A stretch of DNA of 6,392 bases from Allobaculum fili (GTDB lineage: Bacteria; Bacillota_I; Bacilli_A; Erysipelotrichales; Erysipelotrichaceae): assembly GCF_020969955.1 (NCBI RefSeq), contig NZ_JAHDSX010000074.1:1-6392 (forward strand), read 5' to 3'. Shown one piece after another: positions 1 through 6,314 of this stretch; position 1 is the stretch's first letter; each line of letters starts with the position of its first letter. Under the pieces are notes generated by a model. That model did not search any database. It was given only the letters and a program-made list of their open reading frames with translations, and was not told the origin of the DNA. A program made the position numbers and the translations under genes.

Positions 1-49
1 GAAGACTGATGTTTGTTTTTGGAAGATCCATTTGATAAACTTTAAAAGT

Positions 50-154
50 ACGGTGACGATAGCGGATGGGATACGCCCATTTACATCCCGAACATGGAAG
101 CTAAGCCATCTTGCGCTGACAATAGCCGCAAGGCAAAGATAAGTAGTCGCCGAA
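50..154 (+). rRNA. rrf: 5S ribosomal RNA, compact form of about 105 nt; ends are approximate
   Basis: GGTGACGATAGCGG...CCCGAACATGGAAGCTAAGCC...GCGCTGA...AGTAGTCGCCG lines up block by block with the bacterial 5S consensus (GGTGGCGATAGCGAAGAGG...CCGAACACGGAAGTTAAGC...GCGCCGATGGTAG...GAGAGTAGGACGCCGCC). Helix I closes between 51-57 (CGGTGAC) and 146-152 (GTCGCCG), 7 bp including one G-U pair. Bases 1-49 are presumably the 23S-5S spacer. Confidence 0.85.
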
Positions 155-161
155 CAAAACG

Positions 162-210
162 AAATCCCCGAGAGATAAAGGAGAAATCCGATATCTTTCG
201 GGGATTTTTC
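162..210 (+). terminator. Rho-independent terminator of the rRNA operon
   Basis: AAATCCCCGAGAGATA (162-177) pairs with TATCTTTCGGGGATTT (192-207), giving 16 bp with one G-U pair and a 14-nt loop. It runs into a T-tract (205-209) and begins 8 nt after the 5S end. Confidence 0.8.
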
Positions 211-692
211 TTAGGATCGAAAGATTTGATCCTAATACAGGCCCGTCTGAAAATCCGGTTCGTTTTCCGGACTGGAATCCAAATCCAGTTTGTACATTCC
301 GAATTTTTCGAACGTTTTTCTAACTGGCCTTTCTTTCTGAAGACCAGGAGCCGACAGAGCATAGTCGGCGGCGAAAGAAGAGTCGGTTTTGTTCAAAGGC
401 AAGATTATCCAACAAAACGCAAGATCGTTTAACACGTTGCCAAAATGGAATATCCGCTTTTCTATTCTCATAATCTGCCCCGCACACAACCCAAAGACCC
501 TTTCAAAAAACGTCCCGCGAAGAAGCCAGAAGATTTGGCCAGGCTTTGCGGGATGTGTCTTTCAATGGCCTGTAAAGCGGTTGCGTCCAGTCGGGCAGTC
601 TTCTTTCGAACGCAAGTCATTTTGCGCATTAAAATGGAAGTGCAAAAAAACGATATTTCTTGAAAAAGCCGAAAGGAACAGGAGGAGCGGAT

Positions 693-1469
693 ATGCAGAT
701 TAAAGCAGCGTTTTTCGATATTGACGGGACTTTGCTTTCCCACAAACTGAAGGCAGTGCCCCAGAGCGCACTCGATACGATTGAACAGATGCAGAAAAAG
801 GGAATTCTCTGTGTAGCTGCAACCGGCCGTTCCATCATGGAGTTCAATCGTCTGCCTACCCGGGGGATTCGAATGGATGGCTACATTGCGCTGAATGGTC
901 AGCTTGTTCTCGATCAGAATCAGGAAATTCTGAGCGCCCATCCGCTCGAAGATTCCGCCAGAAATCATCTTCTGAAACTTTTCAACGAGAAAGACATTCC
1001 GGTTCTGCTGATTGAAAAAGACCGTCTGTATATCAATAAAATCGACGATCAGGTCAGAGCAGCCAACAAGGCTGTTTCCACGCCGCTGCCGCCGGTGGAT
1101 TCCTGGTCGGGAAATCCTGTATATTCGGCGATTGGCTATATTCCCAAAGAAAAAGAAGAAGAGCTCCATGCTCTTCTTCCGGAATTCACGATTACGCGCT
1201 GGTGCGATCAGGCGGTCGATCTACTTCGAAAAGGCGGCAGCAAGCAGGCGGGCATCGAAGAATTTCTGAAGTTCCACACTATTCGACCTGAAGAAACCAT
1301 CGCGTTTGGCGATGGAGAAAACGATCTCGAAATGCTCCAGCATGCGGGTATCGGCGTTGCCATGGGCAATGCCAAAGCGATCATTAAGGAAAATGCCGAC
1401 TACGTTACAGAGGATGTAGAACACGACGGGATTCAGAAAGCCGCGCTTCACTTCGGTCTGATTGACTGA
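693..1469 (+). CDS. Cof-type HAD-IIB family phosphatase (sugar-phosphate phosphatase-like), 258 aa
   Basis: The protein begins MQIKAAFFDIDGTLL (HAD motif I, DxDGT). ATGRS matches motif II, and GDGENDLEML...GVAMGNA matches motifs III/IV typical of Cof/YidA-like hydrolases. The ATG at 693 lies 5 nt after GGAGGAG (681-687); the track start at 660 is a TTG with no SD. Confidence 0.9.
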   Translation: MQIKAAFFDIDGTLLSHKLKAVPQSALDTIEQMQKKGILCVAATGRSIMEFNRLPTRGIRMDGYIALNGQLVLDQNQEILSAHPLEDSARNHLLKLFNEKDIPVLLIEKDRLYINKIDDQVRAANKAVSTPLPPVDSWSGNPVYSAIGYIPKEKEEELHALLPEFTITRWCDQAVDLLRKGGSKQAGIEEFLKFHTIRPEETIAFGDGENDLEMLQHAGIGVAMGNAKAIIKENADYVTEDVEHDGIQKAALHFGLID

Positions 1470-1520
1470 CCATTTTCACAGAACATTTATAAGCATTACC
1501 AGACCTCACAAAACATACTG

Positions 1521-1550
1521 CCGGACAGATTCGACTGTCCGGTTTTATTT
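1521..1550 (+). terminator. Intrinsic terminator between the convergent HAD and MFS genes
   Basis: CCGGACAG (1521-1528) and CTGTCCGG (1535-1542) form a perfect 8-bp stem with a 6-nt loop, followed by TTTTATTT (1543-1550). The T-tract overlaps the MFS stop codon (1545-1547, minus strand). On the minus strand the hairpin sits right after that stop but has no clean U-tract, so function in that direction is uncertain. Confidence 0.7.
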
Positions 1551-2729
1551 CGCTTTTTGAACGGCGGGCTTGCGTGTCTGCTTCTGAAGCCGTTCATGCA
1601 TGCCGGTCATAAGCAGCAGAATCGCCAGAAGATAGATCGGGAAAATGGAAATCGATAAGAAGCGGGAAAGAAAGCCAAACAGCGGCGGCATGACGCAGCT
1701 GCCGATATAGGCACTGGCCATTTCCACACCGATGATCGCCTGTGAGCGATCCGCGCCGAAATGATCCGGGGTGGAATGAATGATGCTTGGATAAATCGGC
1801 GCGCAGCCAAGTCCGATCAGAACAAGGCCGACAAGCGCAGCCGTTTCATCTAAAGGGAGAAGCAGAGCGGCACCGCCAATCACGATGATACCCTGACCGA
1901 AACGGACCATTTGCGCATCGTTCATTTTCAGGGTAAGAAAACCGCCTAGCGCACGGCCGACCGTAATGCCGATGAAAAACAGACTCGCAAAGCTGGCTGC
2001 GGTATCGGCTGCGATTCCCTTGGCAACAACAAGATAGCTGCTCGCCCAGAGTCCGGCTGTCTGCTCGAGCGCGCAATAGCAGAAAAACGTAATCATGACG
2101 GCTTTAACACCGGGAAGAGTGATTATGGCTTTCAGGCTCAGCGGTTTGGATGGTTCTGTATCGGAATCATCGGAATGGACCGGTCTGTCTTTCCAGAGGG
2201 GAAGACTGAGAAAAATAATGGCGGTAATAACAATCTGGATGATGCTGATGAGACGATAGCCAAGACTCCAGCTGTGTGCTTGAGTAAGTGCGAAGCCCAT
2301 GATGTATGGACCGATGGAAGCGCCGACACCCCACATGCAGTGAAGCCAGCTCATGTGCCGGCTGGCGAAATGCAGAGCCACGTAGTTGTTCAAAGCGGCA
2401 TCGACACTGCCCGCGCCAAGACCGTAGGGAATGGCCCACAGGCAGAGCATCCAGAATGAAGAGCTGATGGAAAAGCCAAACAGGGCGATAGCGGTCATAG
2501 CGACGCTGCAGACGGTCACTTTTCCAGCGCCAAATTTACGGGTGAGCCGATCGCTCGAAAGGCTGGAGATCACCGTACCAGCGGAAATGATGAAGAAAAT
2601 GATCCCCGACCAGGAAAGCGGCACTCCAAAACTCGGATACATGGACGGCCATGCAGAGCCTAAAAGCGAGTCTGGAAGGCCCAGACTGATAAACGAAAGG
2701 TAGATCACAGCGAGAAGCAGATGAACCAT
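1545..2729 (-). CDS. MFS transporter, 394 aa; substrate unknown, possibly sugar/FucP-like
   Basis: The translation is highly hydrophobic and multi-spanning throughout (MVHLLLAVIYLSFISLGLPDSLLGSAWPSMY...SDRLTRKFGAGKV...), with a basic loop after TM2 as in MFS proteins. The start ATG (revcomp of 2727-2729) lies 5 nt after AGGAGGAAC (revcomp of 2735-2743). The 32 extra N-terminal residues in the track ORF have no SD. Confidence 0.88.
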   Translation of the reverse strand: MVHLLLAVIYLSFISLGLPDSLLGSAWPSMYPSFGVPLSWSGIIFFIISAGTVISSLSSDRLTRKFGAGKVTVCSVAMTAIALFGFSISSSFWMLCLWAIPYGLGAGSVDAALNNYVALHFASRHMSWLHCMWGVGASIGPYIMGFALTQAHSWSLGYRLISIIQIVITAIIFLSLPLWKDRPVHSDDSDTEPSKPLSLKAIITLPGVKAVMITFFCYCALEQTAGLWASSYLVVAKGIAADTAASFASLFFIGITVGRALGGFLTLKMNDAQMVRFGQGIIVIGGAALLLPLDETAALVGLVLIGLGCAPIYPSIIHSTPDHFGADRSQAIIGVEMASAYIGSCVMPPLFGFLSRFLSISIFPIYLLAILLLMTGMHERLQKQTRKPAVQKAK

Positions 2730-2837
2730 GAATTGTTCCTCCTTGATTTCTGCTAAGAAAATATCACTGAATTGATACCCAATGTTAGGATAAAATCGAC
2801 AGGTTTTCAGGAGAATATCACCCAAAGGAGAAAACGG
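2730..2837. promoter_or_regulatory. Divergent promoter/operator region between the MFS transporter and AraC-family regulator genes
   Basis: This 108-bp AT-rich spacer separates divergent start codons. It carries a direct repeat, GAAAATATCAC (2757-2767) and GAGAATATCAC (2811-2821). I could not assign confident -35/-10 hexamers by eye. Confidence 0.5.
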
Positions 2838-3755
2838 ATGGCTTTAAACGCATGCAAGACGATTCAGGTTGACCGACAGGGAAGAGAGCAGATTGAACAT
2901 GGAACGCCTTTGTTTCCGATCGCCTGCTATCACGACAACATCAGCGAAAGGGAAGTGGCATGGCACTGGCATGAAGAACTCGAAGTTCTTGTCGTCGAAA
3001 GCGGAACGGTGCGTGTGGCGGCCAACGGAGAAGACTGTCTGCTCCATGCGGGAGAAGGCGTCTTTATTCAGACGGGTGCGCTGCATGGCGTGTGGCCGGC
3101 CTCAGGTGAAGTCTGCCGTATTCATTCTCTGGTGTTTCATCCGCGTTTAGTCGGCGGAAGTCTCGACAGTATTTTCTGGCAAAAATATCTGGAGCCGCTT
3201 CTGAGTGATTCCTCCATTTCCATGATCCGTCTGGATCCCTGCGTATCATGGGGTAACGAGGCCTGCGAGGATATCGAAAGCGCGTGGCAGCTTTGCGTAA
3301 AGGAAGAAGACGGCTACGAGTTTCGGGTACGGGATCGTCTTTCTCATCTGCTCTTTACACTCGGAAAATCCAGACAGCTGATGGAGCAGAAGCCATCGCG
3401 CAAAGCCAGACGGGATGGCGAGCTGATCAAAATCATGCTTCAGTACATACAGGACCATCTGGATCAGCCGCTTTCGCTGGCAGATATTGCCAGGAGTGCA
3501 CATCTGAGCGAAAACGAATGTCTGCGCTGCTTTAACCGTATGATCGGCAGTACGCCCATTCGCTATATCCGCGAACTGCGCCTGCAAAAAGCAGTATCCC
3601 TGCTCGTACAGACGGATGGACGTATTTCGGACATTGCTGCGCAGTGCGGGTTTCTGGAGATGAGTTATTTCGCTCGCGTCTTTCGAGAACGAAACGGCTG
3701 TACGCCAGGGGAATATAGAAAACGGTATGGCCCGATGCCGAAGGAAAGCCTTTAA
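2838..3755 (+). CDS. AraC/XylS-family transcriptional regulator with N-terminal cupin-type sensor domain, 305 aa
   Basis: The N-terminus has a cupin-like pattern (HWHEELEVLVVESGTVRV...GEGVFIQTGALHG). The C-terminus has the AraC double HTH (LSLADIARSAHLSENECLRCFNRMIGSTPIRYIRELRLQKAVSLL...ISDIAAQCGFLEMSYFARVFRERNGCTPGEYRKRY). The ATG at 2838 lies 7 nt after AAGGAG (2825-2830). Confidence 0.9.
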   Translation: MALNACKTIQVDRQGREQIEHGTPLFPIACYHDNISEREVAWHWHEELEVLVVESGTVRVAANGEDCLLHAGEGVFIQTGALHGVWPASGEVCRIHSLVFHPRLVGGSLDSIFWQKYLEPLLSDSSISMIRLDPCVSWGNEACEDIESAWQLCVKEEDGYEFRVRDRLSHLLFTLGKSRQLMEQKPSRKARRDGELIKIMLQYIQDHLDQPLSLADIARSAHLSENECLRCFNRMIGSTPIRYIRELRLQKAVSLLVQTDGRISDIAAQCGFLEMSYFARVFRERNGCTPGEYRKRYGPMPKESL

Positions 3756-3839
3756 ACCAGCGATTTGAACTGGAGCAGGCATTTTGAAGATTTGTTTTCG
3801 ATCCAGTCGCCAGGATTGTCGTTAAGGAGGAAGACGAAA

Positions 3840-4397
3840 ATGGAACAGATGGTTATCACGTATTACGAGTCGCCGCTTGGAGAGATCACGATCGAATCCG
3901 ACGGAAACGCGATCACCGGTATCTGGTTTGAAGGCCAGAGAGAAGCGGAAAAAATCAAAGCGGATTCCGAGAAAAACAGCGCAAATGATTCAGATGAGGA
4001 TCTGCCGGTATTTGAACAGGCCAGAAAATGGCTGGATCTCTACTTTGCGGGGGAAAACCCGGATTTTCGGCCGGAACTCTCGACGCAGGGCACTCTGTTT
4101 CAGCAGGAAGTCTGGGCCATTCTTAAAGCCATTCCGCTTGGTGAGACGACGACGTACGGCGATATCGCCAGAACGATCGCCGCAAAGCGCGGTATGTCCA
4201 GAATGTCGGCGCAGGCGGTTGGTCAGGCGGTCGGCTCCAATCCGATCTCGCTTATGATTCCCTGTCATCGCGTTCTGGGCTCCAATGGATTGCTGACCGG
4301 CTATGCGGGCGGTGTAGACCGAAAACGGGCTTTGCTTGAGCGGGAAAAAAGCGGAAAAATCGCATCCCCGAACAATGAAAACACCGAAGAAAAATAA
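3840..4397 (+). CDS. ogt: Methylated-DNA--protein-cysteine (O6-alkylguanine-DNA) methyltransferase, 185 aa
   Basis: The active-site motif IPCHRV is present, preceded by TTYGDIA...AVGQAVGSNPISLMIPCHRVLGSNG.LTGYAGG, the canonical Ogt/MGMT C-terminal domain. The ATG at 3840 lies 9 nt after AAGGAGG (3824-3830); the track start at 3765 has no SD. Confidence 0.92.
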   Translation: MEQMVITYYESPLGEITIESDGNAITGIWFEGQREAEKIKADSEKNSANDSDEDLPVFEQARKWLDLYFAGENPDFRPELSTQGTLFQQEVWAILKAIPLGETTTYGDIARTIAAKRGMSRMSAQAVGQAVGSNPISLMIPCHRVLGSNGLLTGYAGGVDRKRALLEREKSGKIASPNNENTEEK

Positions 4398-4464
4398 CTG
4401 CTTTAAACCGATCCAGATGGAACTGGCTTTCAAACTTCCAAAACACAGTCTGGACTCCAATACG

Positions 4465-4497
4465 GGTTCGTTCCCTTTATGAGAACGAGCCTTTTTT
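4465..4497 (+). terminator. Rho-independent terminator downstream of ogt
   Basis: GGTTCGTTC (4465-4473) pairs with GAACGAGCC (4483-4491), 9 bp including one G-U pair, with a 9-nt loop, followed by TTTTTT (4492-4497). Confidence 0.7.
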
Positions 4498-4622
4498 GCG
4501 TTTTCAACCCATGCCAGAGCAGCCATAAGTGCAGAACAGATGCCGCAAGGATGAATGAACTGAATCTGCACAGAAAAAGGTCGGAATTCGGGAAAAATCC
4601 GCCATTTCAATGAGTATGCAGC

Positions 4623-4653
4623 TTGATCTGGAGTGAACTCGAGGTTGTATAAC
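4623..4653 (+). promoter_or_regulatory. Candidate sigma-70-type promoter for merR with a long (19-bp) spacer
   Basis: TTGATC (4623-4628), a 19-nt spacer, then TATAAC (4648-4653). The predicted transcription start falls about 6-7 nt downstream, at or next to the ATG at 4660. This is hexamer matching by eye only, and I found no convincing centred dyad in the spacer. Confidence 0.3.
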
Positions 4654-4659
4654 GTGCTC

Positions 4660-5049
4660 ATGAACATTGCAGAAGTCAGCAAACTCTATGACATCAGTCA
4701 GGACACCCTGCGCTCCTACGAACAGATCGGCATGATCCCGCCGGTGACCCGCACCGAGGGCGGCAAGCGGGACTATCAGGAAGAAGATCTTCGCTGGGTC
4801 GAACTCGTCAAATGCATGCGCCGGGTCGGTCTGCCGGTCAAATCGATCGTGGAATACGTGACGCTTTATATGGAAGGCGATCAGACCATTCCGGATCGTC
4901 TCGAACTGCTTCAGGAACAGCGGCTCGAGCTGGAAGAGCAGAAAGCCCGGATCGATCAGATGATTCAGCGCCTTTCATGGAAAATCGAACGCTACAAGGA
5001 AGCGCAGATCACAGGCGTTCTGAACTGGGAGAAAAAGGAGGATTTATGA
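4660..5049 (+). CDS. MerR-family transcriptional regulator, 129 aa
   Basis: The N-terminal MerR HTH is MNIAEVSKLYDISQDTLRSYEQIGMIPPV.R...G.RDY.EEDLRWVELVKCMRRVGLP, followed by a coiled-coil dimerisation helix (LELLQEQRLELEEQKARIDQMIQRL). The usual RYYE motif reads RSYE here. There is no SD before the ATG at 4660. An in-frame GTG at 4654 lies 9 nt after GAGG (4641-4644) and is an alternative start. Confidence 0.85.
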   Translation: MNIAEVSKLYDISQDTLRSYEQIGMIPPVTRTEGGKRDYQEEDLRWVELVKCMRRVGLPVKSIVEYVTLYMEGDQTIPDRLELLQEQRLELEEQKARIDQMIQRLSWKIERYKEAQITGVLNWEKKEDL

Positions 5050-5564
5050 AAAGTTTAGTCGCTTACTATTCCCGCACAGGAGAAAACTATTTTGGCGGGG
5101 ATATCCGTACCATCACCGAAGGCAATACGGAAAAAGCTGCGAAGGAAATCGCAAAGCTCACCGGAGCGGATCTTTTTGAAATCCGACAGAGCGATCCGTA
5201 TTCGGATACGTACATGACTTACATTCAGCAGGCGCAGGACGACTCGAATGCACATTGCCGTCCAAAGATAGAAAACCTTCCAGCCAGCCTGGATGAATAC
5301 GATGAGATCTGGCTTGGCTTCCCAATTTACTGGGACACCATGCCGATGGCCGTTTTCACCTTTATCGACGCCTATGACTGGAACGGCAAGATCATTCATC
5401 CTTTCACCACCCACGAAGGCAGCGGACTTGGACGCGTGCCGGCGGATCTGGCCAAAGAAGCCAAAGGCGCCATCATCACGCAGGGGCTCGCAATTCACGC
5501 CAGCTATGTCGATCGCTCGAAAGCCCAGATCGATCACGGGGTCAAAGTCAGCTCGACCAAATAA
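5046..5564 (+). CDS. Flavodoxin-like protein (flavodoxin_4-type), 172 aa
   Basis: MKSLVAYYSRTGENY...GNTEKAAKEIAKLTGADLFEI...YDEIWLGFPIYWDTMPMAVFTFID..DWNGKIIHPFTTHEGSGLG matches the conserved blocks of short flavodoxin-fold proteins common in Firmicutes. The ATG at 5046 lies 4 nt after AAGGAGG (5035-5041) and overlaps the merR stop (ATGA). The 78 upstream codons in the track ORF are only open frame inside merR. Confidence 0.9.
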   Translation: MKSLVAYYSRTGENYFGGDIRTITEGNTEKAAKEIAKLTGADLFEIRQSDPYSDTYMTYIQQAQDDSNAHCRPKIENLPASLDEYDEIWLGFPIYWDTMPMAVFTFIDAYDWNGKIIHPFTTHEGSGLGRVPADLAKEAKGAIITQGLAIHASYVDRSKAQIDHGVKVSSTK

Positions 5565-5639
5565 AAACAGAAGAAACTGGCAGAAAACAGCCTGAGAGAA
5601 TATCAAAACAGAAAACCGAAAGGATGGAGGAACGAGACG

Positions 5640-6245
5640 ATGGAAAATAAAAACGCTGTAAAAGCAGAAGCCGAAGAAGATGTATACGCGCTGATGGATC
5701 AGGGCGGTCCAACGGATAATCGAAAGCCATATTTCCGCCCGGCGGTGGATGAAATGATGCGTTCCCGAACGCTCTGCGCAAAAGCCAACCGAAAACTTCC
5801 CGATGATCCGACGTATATGGACGATCTGCGCGAGCTGTTTCATTCCGATCTCGACACCATCCGTGTCCTGACTCCGTTTCAGTGCGATTTTGGAAATCGT
5901 GTGAAGTTTGGAAAAGGCGTTTTCATCAACCATTCCGCAATTCTTTCCGCTTCCGGCGGCATTGAATTTGAAGACGGCGTCATGGTGGCCCCCGGCGTTC
6001 GGATTGCAACAATCAATCATGACATGAATGAACGCCATACGATCTATACCTATGGCAATGTAACCATTCACAAGAACGCCTGGATCGGTATGAACGTGAC
6101 CATTTGTCCCGGGGTAACGATTGGCAAGTACGCGGTAGTCGGTGCCGGCGCCGTAGTTACGCACGAAATTCCTGACTATGCGGTAGCCGCCGGCGTTCCT
6201 GCCAAAGTCATTCGTATGCTCCATCCAGCCGAGCAGAAAGAATAA
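5640..6245 (+). CDS. Maa/LacA-type sugar O-acetyltransferase (left-handed beta-helix, hexapeptide repeats), 201 aa
   Basis: The N-terminus resembles a Mac domain. It is followed by PFQCDFGNRVKFGKGVFINHSAILSASGGIEFEDGVMVAPGVRIATINHD...IHKNAWIGMNVTICPGVTIGKYAVVGAGAVVTHEIPDYAVAAGVPAKVIR, which parallels maltose/galactoside acetyltransferases block for block. The ATG at 5640 lies 9 nt after GGAGG (5626-5630). Confidence 0.9.
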   Translation: MENKNAVKAEAEEDVYALMDQGGPTDNRKPYFRPAVDEMMRSRTLCAKANRKLPDDPTYMDDLRELFHSDLDTIRVLTPFQCDFGNRVKFGKGVFINHSAILSASGGIEFEDGVMVAPGVRIATINHDMNERHTIYTYGNVTIHKNAWIGMNVTICPGVTIGKYAVVGAGAVVTHEIPDYAVAAGVPAKVIRMLHPAEQKE

Positions 6246-6314
6246 GCCGAAAAATGGCAGCAGGGAAAAGTAAGTGTCAAACAATCGACGGGTATACGCG
6301 AGACTGAATATTAG

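Noticed and set aside
254-281. A tRNA-like T-arm (TCCGG-TTCGTTTT-CCGGA) followed by CTGGAAT and then CCA, downstream of the 5S gene where tRNA genes often sit.
   Set aside because: The loop is 8 nt, not 7. No complementary 5' acceptor strand (ATTCCAG) lies about 65 nt upstream, and there are no D-arm or anticodon-arm features.
94-703. Track ORFs in the post-5S noncoding block: 94-432 (+), 81-362 (-), 232-489 (-), 389-703 (+) and 445-663 (+).
   Set aside because: Two of them overlap the 5S rRNA and its terminator. None has an SD at a suitable distance or any recognisable motif, and the translations are basic and low-complexity, as expected for random frames. The region is treated as noncoding (see the first finding).
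468-1169. A 233-aa minus-strand ORF overlapping the HAD gene. Similar antisense ORFs lie at 3246-3782 (opposite the AraC gene) and 3990-4682 (opposite ogt).
   Set aside because: All three are antisense shadows of well-supported plus-strand CDSs. They have no motifs and no ribosome-binding sites.
3784-3825. A 13-codon upstream ORF (TTG start, GGAG 8 nt upstream) in the AraC-ogt gap, ending inside the ogt SD. It could be a leader peptide.
   Set aside because: It has a non-ATG start and a weak SD, no attenuator-like alternative hairpins around it, and a length within chance expectation.
4504-4605. A 33-aa Cys-rich minus-strand small ORF (MADFSRIPTFFCADSVHSSLRHLFCTYGCSGMG) between the ogt terminator and merR. 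It superficially resembles a small peptide or bacteriocin precursor.
   Set aside because: It has no SD in a genome where every solid gene has one. No adjacent maturation or transport genes are present, and an ORF this short is expected by chance. It would only merit attention if conserved, or if ribosome profiling showed translation.
4812-5045. The 78-codon upstream extension of the flavodoxin ORF, overlapping merR in another frame. It raised the question of an overlapping gene or a frameshift fusion.
   Set aside because: The extension is an Arg/Ser/Gly-rich off-frame read of merR with no start-site support. The flavodoxin homology begins exactly at the SD-preceded ATG at 5046. No slippery sequence suggests frameshifting.
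5055-6284. A 409-aa ORF on the minus strand, the longest apart from the MFS gene. It spans both the flavodoxin and acetyltransferase genes and the spacer between them.
   Set aside because: It runs antisense to two plus-strand genes with unmistakable family motifs and SD-supported starts. Its translation is low-complexity (runs of R, F, I and G) with no recognisable domain, and it has no SD. It is a typical shadow ORF opposite codon-biased genes, especially hexapeptide-repeat genes.
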